Program-made: the position numbers and the translations under genes
The notes under the pieces: model-generated
Seen by the model: only the letters and a program-made list of their open reading frames with translations
The model's database searches: none
Told to the model about the DNA's origin: nothing
Shown: positions 12,446-23,299 of the stretch, one piece after another
Position numbering within the stretch: the first letter of the stretch is position 1
Layout of the letters: each line of letters opens with the position of its first letter
Assembly: GCA_004764695.1 (NCBI GenBank)
Contig: SMSO01000031.1
Coordinates: 2,394,436 to 2,458,435, forward strand
Direction: 5' to 3'
DNA: 64,000 nt
Origin: Schizochytrium sp. TIO01
Taxonomy: Eukaryota; Protista; Bigyra: Labyrinthulomycetes

Positions 12446-15400
12446 ATCGCTGGACAATGGAACGCAGAAGAGCCTGACTAAAGTTAGGCTGTGGCGATAT
12501 TTGCTCAGAACTTAGACAGAAAGTCAATGTCGTTTCTTCGAATACGCCGATGGGTTTAGTCTGCAGTCACAGTGAGGGCGGCAAAAGGTAGGCAGAATGG
12601 TAGTACTCGACGGGGAAAGAAAGTCCTTCCACTGCGGACTGCGGCGATTGTTTATTTCTCATTTTGGAATCTTATTTTAGTAGTATACTGTAGCAGAATT
12701 TCAGTCACGAAAGTTGAAGAAAGCTTGTGCAAGGACTACGTCGTAGGTACATACTTCCACCACTGCCTAAGGCGACACATACCTCAGCAGGTGAGCGAAT
12801 GTCTATTTTCCTTATATAAGAAGGGCTTTGCGATGCGGAGCACATAATTTAGATACACCAAGGATTGAGTCGCCTCTAAGCTTTCATATCGAAACTGGCT
12901 TTTGTATGTAATTATTACTCTCTTATTATTCTTTAGAAAAAGGAATAACTTTTTTTGCTAATTTTTTTTTATAATAGAGGGATAAAAATAGAGGGAGATA
13001 TCATATAGCACTTTTTAAAATTGAGAGATGAATGCTAAAATAAGAAACAGAGAGAGGAGCACTTCGATTTGAGGGATCGTAAAAGCTTCTGTCAGCTGGG
13101 GCGTTTGTTATTTCTGTAAGGTCTAGTACTCATAGTATTCATTAGATTTGAAGATGTTTTTGCCGGCGGCAATCTACCTACCTTAGGCGCCCATAGGGGA
13201 AAAGTCAACCACCTTCCCTGGCGGCGTTTTTGTTCCTCCTTTCTGTTTTGTGTCTTATAGAAAGTAATATAGTTTCAATCTGGACGAAATGAATGTAGAG
13301 AAGTCTTTAACTACCTAGATACCTAAAAGCTCAACGTGCTGAAAGTTTTTAATATATATTTTTTTTGCAGTAGTAGCTGTTATCGTTGTAATTCAGCTCC
13401 CTGCAGTACACTCAAAATTTGGCCTTTCAGACTTCCATTAAAACTTATTTTGGTATACGCACTGCTCTGATACAATGCACACCACACGAGTTATGCTGAC
13501 CTTGTATTTGCAGTTTTATAGCTTTTGAAAGAACAAAGGTGGAAGGAAGAAGGGCACGATCTTTTCTTTCTTCATTAAATGAAATCGAATAAACATATCA
13601 TGCTCGTTCGGAATCGAGCTAATTTTTGGATTTCTTGGATTGGAAAACACTTTTATTTTTATCTCTATTTTTATTCTTAAATACCGTTCGCAAGCCTGGA
13701 ACTGGGTTCGCACGCCTGGTATATATATATATATATTGTCTCTTTTGAATCGTTGGCTCTCTCTCGCTCTCTCTCTTTTCAGGACGATGATACCTATCGC
13801 CGTCAACCTTAGTTCAAACATCTTCCGTAATTTTAACAATAACATAACAAAGAAATAGTTGGTTTGGATGTCTTTAGACTGAGACAACTCAGGACCCCAA
13901 AGGCCCTTGAGTGCACGCGTGCCGCCAAAGCAAGCGCTGCGCTGCGCTATGCGGAGGACAACAAGCTGGTCGACCGGGTTTTCGCCGATTCCTCCGGCGA
14001 TCTCTGTCGAAGTCGAACTCGAAGTCGAACTCGTTCTCGCAGTCAGTCAGTCACTCGGTCAGTCAGTCTGAGACTTCGTGAGCAGAGTCTGTCTCTGCTG
14101 CGGTCTGTGCCAAGATGGATGCGGAAGACCGCCCCGCCCGCTCAAAAGAGACTGAGGATTCGCAATTTTGCCGACACCTTAAGTCGGCCTGACCTTCCTG
14201 TTCAGGTTTCTTTCGGCAAATTAAGAAGAAACTTGAGGAGGCTGAGGAGGCGGCGCTCCAACAGGACGAGCAAGCATGTGGCGGGGCCGGCACAGGCCTG
14301 CCTCCGAAAGGCGGGGGACGAGAGGCTGCGAGATCTGACTGTTGAGGTGGAAGGCCGGCGCCGACCAGCAAGACGACGATGGCTTTGGGCCTTGCTTGGA
14401 CGAAAGCTCGGGTTTTCTGGGGCGACGTGTGTTTATTTCCTTTTCTTTTACGGTTGTTTGTTTGTTTGTTTGTTTGTTTGTTTGTTTATGATGATGAGGG
14501 AGGGCAAGTCGAGGAAGCTGGTCTTTCAGGTCTTTCGAGTTTCGTACGCAGCAAGACGTCTTTCATTTCCGCTGTAACGATTGCGAAAACATGAGAGTAC
14601 TGGGAACTCCTTGCTAACAAACAGAGCGAAACTCGTTCTGAGAGTCGAAGGATCGCTGCCGACAGGGCTCTCCTCTTAATTTTGAAGTACTGAGGTCCTC
14701 GCATGTTTTCGAGGCTCGAGCTTACGGCACGGCCCTCCCTCCTCCCTAAATAAAAATAACTAATAAATAAATGAATAAATCAATCAAATAAATGAATAAA
14801 TAATAACAAAGAAGGCTCTATTTCTTGAAATTCATGTTTTCCCACAGCCAAAATTCGAATTTGATATATAAATATGCGAAACAACGTGGTTCTTTGAATG
14901 CGAAGTTTCTGCGAAGTTTTAGAAATAAGCTAACAGGACAAAAGTTTATTCATTTTTGGAAAGAGTCGGAGAGCAGCACATTTTAGCTTTCGATAGATCT
15001 ACCTCAAAAGACTGCATTGTTTGCGGTGGCCGAGAGAGCAGGCACTACCATATTTCCCGTACTTGCTTTGCAAGTTATGCAGGTATTCTTGTTCTATCGC
15101 AAAGCATCAAATGAATTGCTTTTTTTCGTTTCTATTCCCTCAAGTTGCTTTATACTGGTCGCACTGCTCTAACCGTCGTCTCGAGACCATGCTAGCGTTT
15201 CGCTATTATTATTACTACTACCTCTACTCCTTCTACCAGTATCGATGCGTCCTAATAAACGGTAAATGTCGAATTCCACTGTTCATGCCTATCTTCAAAA
15301 GCAAGCATCTACAAGCGCCCCCATGCTTGGCTAGTCAATCGCTTATGTAAGCATGGCAAGCCTTGCGCACCTCACTGCCATAAGAGAGAGGGAAGAAGAA

Positions 15401-15777
15401 AAACACCGACTGGTCAGCTTTATCTGCTACCACCTCTGGACACGCTGCTGAGATCTCTCAGCCGTCGCATTCCCTTTTCCTCGTTGAAACTTTTGAAAGC
15501 ATTCGTATCATTAAAATGATAATAATAACCGTGGCTTCTTTCACACTCTAGGGTAGTATAGTTCCGACGCATCTCCTTCTTCCTACTGTTGCTAGCTAGC
15601 TACTAGCATTCATTGAATTGAATTGAATTTTATTTGAGTTTGGTTTGGTTTGGTTTATTCTTTTCTAATCTAATCTAATTTAATTTAATCTAATCTGTCT
15701 ACGTAAAGCGCAACACTCGAAAGGCAGTAACAGCATCGAAGCTGATGCCAACCAACCAATGCACAGACAGGGCTTTG

Positions 15778-15879
15778 GCCAGCCAGCCAGCCAGCCAGCC
15801 AGCGAGCGAGCCAGCCAGCCACCAAGCGAGGACTCCTGCCAAGGTTGCCAAGGTTGCCAAGGTTGCCAAGGTTGCCAAG
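15778..15879. repeat. (GCCA)n plus a 9-bp (GCCAAGGTT) array of 4-5 units
   Basis: Directly visible. Confidence 0.9.
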
Positions 15880-17589
15880 TCCCGTAGCCAAGTTGGCCTG
15901 GGTCGCGAAGGTGCCTCGTGCCAGTTCGCAGTGGAAGGAAATAAAATGTGCATTGCGGTGGGCAGTGTCAGAATAATAACAGCATTCATTCCTTCATCAA
16001 AGCCTGAGACTGCCTGGCATGAAGAACTTTGGGACACTTGGTGGTACTTGGAGTTAGATTGGCTTTAGATCTCGGGTGCTCTGCTCTGCTGTCAGGAGGC
16101 ACATCGCCGCATAAAAGGAATGGCCTCCCAGAGCCTGTCTTTTCGGCGAAATGAAGATCTCTGGAGGAATGAGTTTGCGAAGGCTTGCTGCATATGCAAT
16201 CAGAATTGATGTTTTTATGTAGAATGCACGAGAATAACTTCAGACACACACTTTCGAAATGGGTCTGAGGGAGGCCTTGAAGAAAGGAAGTAGAAGAAAA
16301 ATACCGGCTCAACTGTCGTCGCTAAAGATCTCCAGAGATTGTGGGAAATAAATGAATGAATGAATGAATGAATAAATAAATAAATGCAAGGCGTGTTTTG
16401 CTGTTTGGGCCGCAGACCAACTAACTAGGCCTGGCCTCTGCTCCGGCCTATACCTCTGCTGCCTCCCCTGGGTTTGCTTCCCTTCTGCATGCACATTGCT
16501 GCCGCCCTATTTTAACACTCGCTCTTCCTTACAGTCGCTAGTTCTTCAAGATCTTACTCATTCACCCGTTTCCATTTTCGCATTGATACAATCAAAAGAA
16601 TCGTTCTTCTTTTTCTTTTTTTTAATTAAGCCGTCTTACATGCAATAAATAAACCTCTGACTGTTTTTCGTCTTTGACCCTTTTTCGTCTTTGAAAGTTA
16701 AACCGCAAAAAATCTTGAAAGGATGATGAATGAATCTTGGCCACGCACAAAACCCCTCCTCCATACCCGACGCTGATGCCCCCCCCTATCTCCAGAGCCG
16801 CCATCTCCCGCTCTCCTACCCGTCCACTCGCCCCGCCGTCGGCTTGCTCGCTTGCGTGCATACTCGCTCAGCCGTTGTAAGGCCTCGAAGAACTTTCTGA
16901 ATAAATAAACAATTAAATAATGTTAAATAAATGAACAAATCAATAAATGCCCTCCTGACTGGTCTAGTCTCTAGAGGCGCATTATATGCAGTGAGTGAGT
17001 GCTGCCTCGCTTCCCTGTAACAGCCAAGCTGTAGGTGCGAGAATGAGAGAGAGCGAGAGAGAGAATATGAGTGATGAGAGAGAGAGAGAGAGAAAGTGCG
17101 TCTCTCGCTCAACCGCTACTCCACTCCGAGGAGAAGCCCCGAAAAGGAGGCCGCGACGCCTGCCTCTGCAGCATTTTGCCGACTTGGCCTCGTTGGCTAC
17201 ATACGTACGTACGTACATATATATATACAGCAGGAATGGTCCCAGTACGCGGCAGAAGCGATGGCAACGAAACGAAGGCGCTCGCGAATTAGGACCTGAG
17301 ATGATGGATGTGGTCTGAGTGGTGGTTACGGGTGTGGGCGGAGAAAGTAGAGCCCCAAGTTAAGCTAAGTTAAGTTGTTTCAGGCCCATCTAAGTCATGT
17401 TATGTCAAGTCAAGGCAGTTCTAGATATAACTTTGCAAAGTGGCGAGGTGAGTAAGGTTAGTTCAAGGCTCACAGAATAATAAGCTTGGAAGCCTGAGGT
17501 TTAGTAGACAACTTGGCCAAGTTGTCGAAAAGGCTGGAAAGCGTAGGCATCGCAAATAAGCTAACTGGTGCAATTTCTTGCTCGCGTTG

Positions 17590-17664
17590 ACTCAACTCAA
17601 GTTAGCTCAACTCAACTCAACTCAACTCAACTCAACTCAACTCAACTCAACTCAACTCAACTCA
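17590..17664. repeat. (AACTC)n pentamer microsatellite
   Basis: Directly visible. Confidence 0.93.
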
Positions 17665-18116
17665 AGTTAGCTCGTCTGACTTCAATCCGGAGGCGCAGAA
17701 AGAAACTACAGACTTATTGCCCGGTACCGTGTGCTTGCTTGCTTTCTTGTAGCAGATCGAAGCAAATCTTTGCAGCAGATTTAGACATAAGCAACTCGCT
17801 GGCAGGAATGGAATGGAATGGAATGGAGTGGAGTGGAGTGGAGTGGAGTGGAGGGAGGCGCTTAAAGCGGAACGGTAGGGTGACAGTTTTGGTCACTGCG
17901 GTTGAGTGCGGGCATGATTTGCTGCAGAGGACTCGATCCTGCCGCAGAGAACAGCACTTCTTCCGCAGAGTGCCTGCGTGGGGGGCTCGTGTTGGCCGGG
18001 GCCATCGCCCTCGCGGCAGGCAGTCGAGAGAGAGCTCTACGCGAAGGCGAGATGCAGCTTCTTCAAAGGTCCGTGCATTGAACCCCAACTGAGAAGGGCT
18101 TACGCCGATGAAGGAG

Positions 18117-18125
18117 CTCGTGCTT

Positions 18126-18163
<38 letters not shown>
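18117..18163. repeat. (CTCGTG)n hexamer microsatellite
   Basis: Directly visible; source of the ARARA, LVLVL and HEHEH runs in overlapping spurious ORFs. Confidence 0.93.
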
Positions 18164-18164
<1 letters not shown>

Positions 18165-19846
18165 GTACTGCCGGAGAAGTTGGTGGTGCTCGTAAGGAGG
18201 ACAAGAACGCGGAAGCGGGGGGGGTGGTCGTACAGGATGGCAGCAGAGAGCACCGACAGGAAAGACGGCGCAAGTTTGTTGGATGGGTTCGCGATGGGGA
18301 CGTCCGCCGTACGCTCTCCCTCTGCTGCCTCCGTCTCCGCCTCCGATTGGAGTTGGTGAGGTCGAGCGCAGAAGGTCTGCGCGAGGGTGCGCGGGTTTCC
18401 AGGAGTAGAGGACGAATGATGCTTGTAACGGAGGGCTCTCGAATTGAATCGAATCGAATCGAATCGAATTGCATTGCATTGCATTGCATTGCAGACAACG
18501 CATGCGCCGTGGATGGCCGGCCTGCCATGTTTGCTTGCGGACTTCTCTGCTCTGCTCTTCTCTTCTCGCCTCGCCAGGCTACTTTCTCGCGCATGGCGCC
18601 CCGGATCGTTGAACGAACTGCCGCCCCAACCAATCCCAAAGCAGCTCGGTCAGAAACGATGCAAGATGGCCATGTCCTGCCTGCCTCTCGTTCTTCTGGA
18701 GGCGAAGGGAGATAGATACCGTGCCATCGCAAAACAAGCAATGGCACAGAGCTGCGAATGGGCCACGAGGGGAGGAAAGGCGCGAAGCTGCGATGAACAG
18801 ACAGAAGAGCAGAGTTCGGCAGTGCTGTATCTATCGATGTATCGATGTATCTACGTATCGACTGCGAGCATAAAGTCCAATTCGCTCGAAATCGCCTGCT
18901 CGTTCTGGGGCGCTTGGATAACTAACTCCTCAGGGTCTTTCGACCCCACAGTCGCTTCTAGGTTTGCATCCACACCACACAGCAAACTGCTACAGGGCCT
19001 ACAGGGCCTACAGTGCCCCGCACTAGTGCGTAACGGCTCTGATGGATTGGGACGTGCGACCCCTCACGTTTGAAGAAGTTGAAAGAAAAACACCGAGGAG
19101 AAGCGGCTGATCTGATTCTTCTTACGTATACCGTTTCATGTGCAACACAGCCTTGTTGATACCGTTGACTTGGTTGAGGACTCTTTGAGCGCGATGACAT
19201 TTTGTTGTTTGAGTCTATGGATTCGGGGAGCTCGACTAGTATTAAAGCTGCAACAAAATGAGTTGAAACGCTCGACATGGAGAGCATAGGGCTATGTGCA
19301 ATGCTGCCAATGTGCGAGGAAGCAATGCCGCTCCGAAAGTTAACCCCTCTCAGAATCTCTTAGTCCATTGGTAATCCAGGCTCTCAAGGTGTATGCCCTT
19401 CAATGTGTATTATTAATGTCTGTTTACTTTACAATTTTTTAGTAGTCACTGACGTTTAAGCACCAGGTACGAAGTTCTTTAAAGATCAGCTAGAACAGAA
19501 AAGGTGTGTATTTCTATGTTCTAACTCCTTGGAAAGCTATTCATCGGACTTTGCTCTACTTAACGTTCTCAGATTCCTCAAAGCGATCAATTGAACATGT
19601 AAAGTGGCTCTGACCCTGGAATAGCTTCAGCATCATACTTACGTCACATATCTTGCATAAACACTGCACTCTGCTCATTTAATACCTGCATCAAAACCGC
19701 CGGTCGACCAGGTAGTACTGCCTTCCTTGGTGGCAGCACTGGCCTCAAATTCATACCTTTTTTTATGCTACTCAAAGGTTGTGGCCACCAGAGTCCTGGA
19801 TTTTGTCGAGTCTCTTCCCATTTTTGGTCAGCATACATACGTTCTT

Positions 19847-22279
19847 ATGGTTGTCTTAGGGCGCATTGATGGAGCTTGGCAAGCACTCGATGTGACAGCC
19901 CATGATATTGATACTGGGTTCAACCAGGCTGCAACACGTGGTGCTAAGGCAGCAGAAAAAGCAGAAGCTCGGGAACGTCGAGATTGGATCAAGGCGCATG
20001 GCCCTGCAGCACGGAAACGTCGCTACCTTGCGACCCGCGAAGCTTTGTGGACTTCTAGCTCTTTAGAGGCGTCTCCAAATCAAGAAATCTGCAAGACAAA
20101 AGCTCCACAACGTCTAAGCCCAATAAAACAGAACGTTGATCAACTGAATCCCTATCATCAAAATCTTGTAACAAACTCATATCGAAAGAAGAAGCAACGC
20201 TCCAAAGGTTCTACAAAACTTTCAGGACCTATGATAGGGAAACCGCCGATCCAAGAGGCTCCTTCAAGTTTCCAAGATGTCCTTCAACAAGCAGCTTTTC
20301 GCGAAGTTGTTCTACGTGAAGCTCTCATGGATAAACTCCGAAGCCGACTTCGGAAAAATGACAGCGAGCATATTGCCACTTGTGTGAAGGAACCAAGCCT
20401 TCGTAGACTCATCAGTGAACTACACGACAGTACTGTCCGATGCGCTCTATCAATTCAAAAATTTACGAATTGCTTTATTGAGCCTCAAGCCTTTTTCTAC
20501 AATGGAGCAGACTACGTTCAACACATGGCCTGCAGTATGGATTTCATGGTCAATCGCCCAGGCCTGTCGGAACTTTTTACAGGGCCTGGGCCACTGGGAT
20601 TCTTGGCAGATCCAAGTCTTTTAGAACGAGAGACAAATGAGATCATTCGTGAGCACCTTCGCGACTTTTCTGCCCTTAGAAGAACGCAAATATGTGCATG
20701 GTGTGGAAGCTTGGGAGGAGCGGATGGTCTCTCCTCTTGCACAGATCGTCGGTGCGATCGCAGTAGATACTGTCGCTCCTGCATTGAAGTTAATTGTGGT
20801 GGGGTACAAGCTTATAAGCTCATCAAAGTCGAAAAATCGTGGAAATGCTTTTCTTGTGTTGCTACGGAACTTGAGATAAGAAAGCAAAAGCGAGAGGCTG
20901 CTCAAGCTCACGCTCGTGCAATAGTTAGGCGAAAGCGTCAAGCGGCAACGGATGCAAAAGCAGCTGCGAAATTAGAAAGGGAGCGTGCGCCTGAGAATGT
21001 TCGCAAGCGCCGTGCCGCAACACGTTTTCTTACAGAAAAAGTGCAAGCAGCTAAAAGTACTCTTTACGATCAACAAAAATCCCTACGTATATTAGCGTCA
21101 CAAGCTAGGGCAGCGAAAAAGGTGTTCCAGGCTCGAGTTCAAGCTTTGGCATGGATACGCTCCTTTGCTAAAGAAGCCAAAGGTGAAATCGCAGCCATGG
21201 AGCAACTTCTAGCTGACCAAGAAGAAAGAGAGCTTGAACGTCAGGATGTTCTTCTAGAGAAGAGGGATCAAAAGCAGAAGCAAGCAGAAGCTGAAACTCG
21301 TGCTACTCAGCACCGTCATAAAGATCCTACATTAAATAGTGAAGGCACCGCAATCGATAAGGACAAAAATGGTGAGAAATTAAGCCAAAACAACGAGTCT
21401 GCTCTACTCGATTTGCCGAATTCTCTAGATTTACACGAACAGGATCAAAATATACGAGAAGAAATAAAGGTCCAGCGCCAATCCATTCAGGAGTTTGAAG
21501 CAGGTTGGCTGCAGCTTGGAGTTCCAGTACAGCTCAAATTCGCACTCCGCGTGTTACATTTCGAAGTATGTCTTATTAGTGTGACTTCTACAAGCAAAAA
21601 CGCAGAGATTGTGGAGGTCCGGACGTTCATCCCCTCTGAGCAGCGATTCGTGGAACCATCAGTGCTTTTGCATAAATCACAAGTTGTTCATGACGTCCGC
21701 TCTGGTCCGTTGTTGCGACTTCTTCGTACAAGAGCCCATGCTGACTACACGAAGCGCGCGTCAGAGTGGTTGCGACACCAGGGCGCCCAGGCAAAGGGAT
21801 TGCTTGAGCATAATCGAAAGCAACACCATCTTCGTGAAGAACTCTGCGAACTTGCTTCCCGTGCGAAAGAGCATCGTGAGAAGCAGTGGTACGCACGCCA
21901 AGCTTTGGTTCAACGTGGAAACCAAATTCGATTTCACCTTGCTGCTCAAGGCCAGGCGAAGAAGGACTTTCGTTGTCAAGCTCGTCTTATTTGGAGACAT
22001 TTGGAGAAACAAGGCATGGCACAAGATGAAATTCGAAAACGTGTCCAGCAAATCCAAGAGCACTTGGAGCGTTCTCGTAGAAATCACCTTGAGCTTCGCG
22101 GTAGAGCAAAACATGTTGCGACTCATTTACAGGCCCAGCAGTTTGCTAAAGAGCAACTTCGTAGTCGTCACTCCAGTTATTCCCCCCTTCAGACAGATAC
22201 CGACCTTGTGAGACGGAACACGTCTACTTATGCAAGCTCTGAAGATTTGAACGAAACTGAGCCCCCCCCGGACAAGTGA
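19847..22279 (+). CDS. Uncharacterised coiled-coil protein with an ADD-type (ATRX/DNMT3-like) PHD zinc finger; 5' end uncertain, possibly with upstream exons
   Basis: 850-codon open frame with first in-frame ATG at 19847. CAWC..C....C....CRSCIEVNCGG....IKVEKSWKCFSC matches the Cys spacing and W-x-C-x-x-C end of the ADD PHD half. Long K/R/E/Q/A-rich helical stretches follow. Confidence 0.85.
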   Translation: MVVLGRIDGAWQALDVTAHDIDTGFNQAATRGAKAAEKAEARERRDWIKAHGPAARKRRYLATREALWTSSSLEASPNQEICKTKAPQRLSPIKQNVDQLNPYHQNLVTNSYRKKKQRSKGSTKLSGPMIGKPPIQEAPSSFQDVLQQAAFREVVLREALMDKLRSRLRKNDSEHIATCVKEPSLRRLISELHDSTVRCALSIQKFTNCFIEPQAFFYNGADYVQHMACSMDFMVNRPGLSELFTGPGPLGFLADPSLLERETNEIIREHLRDFSALRRTQICAWCGSLGGADGLSSCTDRRCDRSRYCRSCIEVNCGGVQAYKLIKVEKSWKCFSCVATELEIRKQKREAAQAHARAIVRRKRQAATDAKAAAKLERERAPENVRKRRAATRFLTEKVQAAKSTLYDQQKSLRILASQARAAKKVFQARVQALAWIRSFAKEAKGEIAAMEQLLADQEERELERQDVLLEKRDQKQKQAEAETRATQHRHKDPTLNSEGTAIDKDKNGEKLSQNNESALLDLPNSLDLHEQDQNIREEIKVQRQSIQEFEAGWLQLGVPVQLKFALRVLHFEVCLISVTSTSKNAEIVEVRTFIPSEQRFVEPSVLLHKSQVVHDVRSGPLLRLLRTRAHADYTKRASEWLRHQGAQAKGLLEHNRKQHHLREELCELASRAKEHREKQWYARQALVQRGNQIRFHLAAQGQAKKDFRCQARLIWRHLEKQGMAQDEIRKRVQQIQEHLERSRRNHLELRGRAKHVATHLQAQQFAKEQLRSRHSSYSPLQTDTDLVRRNTSTYASSEDLNETEPPPDK

Positions 22280-23299
22280 CTTTACTGAACTAACAGCAGA
22301 CCATCATAAGGGAGTTGGTTTGTGTCCATGATCTTCGAGTAGATAAAAAATGCGAGAGACTCTGTCTGTCTAAATTAATATTTATAGTCAACACGCCAAA
22401 TGATGATACTAGAGTAAAGCTAAGCAAATATGTGTTATTTTCAATTCGTTCTATGACTTGCTCACTTCAGCTATGCGAAAATTAACTGTTTTCAGAGTAG
22501 GTTCAAATGATGAAAAGCTTCGTTTCTCAAATCTTACAAGCCAACCCCTTTAAAGATTTGTTTTGTGCGGTTTGTGCCATTGCTTTCTTCTTCTGTCTCT
22601 TCTTTTCCTTGAGATACCGATGTAAATGAATAAATTAAACTTAGCGTCAAAGCATGCCCCCTTTATCCTGCTTGACGACTATGTTTTCGTCTACCTGACT
22701 TTTAATGCAAGCTTTGCCTAAGCACTGCTTTTAAATTAGGAGCTGAAGTTCGGATTAGGCATATTTCAGCTGAAATGCAGAAGACACGGAGTTTTATTTG
22801 AGCATGAGCAGTATAGTTGGTCTCTATGCCTTGTTTCGTCTTAATCGACATCATGTTTCACTGAAATCAAGCTGATTCATAGTTGTGAGTTGTAGAGTAA
22901 AAATTTCGATGGTGTTTTGCAAACTTTTTTCACTGAGAGTCGTATGCCTTCTAGTAATTTCTCCTGTTTTATGAGGCAGTAGCTTTTATTTTAATTGGAT
23001 TGACGTGTTGAGTGATTTTCTTCAGATATACGATGACTTTATCAATCTATATGAATCATAGAGCATATCAATCCTCAGAACTATCTTCTCTGGAAATCCT
23101 TCATTGCGAAATGCCAGGATTAAAAAGCAAGGGTAACTATGAAGGGATTCACATATTTCTAAGAACGGATGGAGTGCTATCACTGATGTATGTGGGGGCT
23201 CCAGTAAGACCAAACTGCAACATCACCCACAAACGTTTCGTAAAATCCGAGATTAAAAGCTAAAATTCTACTTTTCCATGCAGCAAAATAACCTTATAT

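Noticed and set aside
13462-13478. Second PBS-like motif on the minus strand (CA-TTGTATCAGAGC)
   Set aside because: Mismatch in the TGG that must pair with the tRNA CCA end, no associated LTR or ORF, and no upstream T-arm for a tRNA gene.
13864-14577. 237-aa Arg-rich ORF
   Set aside because: TTG start, runs through (TTTG)n and (CAGT)n repeats, and has no homology cues.
15838-15879. (GCCAAGGTT)n as a possible interstitial telomere or iteron array
   Set aside because: Does not match TTAGGG/TTTAGGG-type repeats, has only 4-5 units, and is one of many local SSRs.
17568-19073. Stack of overlapping 150-256-aa ORFs on both strands
   Set aside because: Open frames arise from GC-rich sequence and stop-free microsatellites (ARARAR, LVLVLV, HEHEHE, STSTST); no domain signal.
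19727-19846. GTG/TTG starts given by the ORF track (also 29149, 35810, 44385, 47573)
   Set aside because: These are eukaryotic genes, so starts were moved to the first in-frame ATG.
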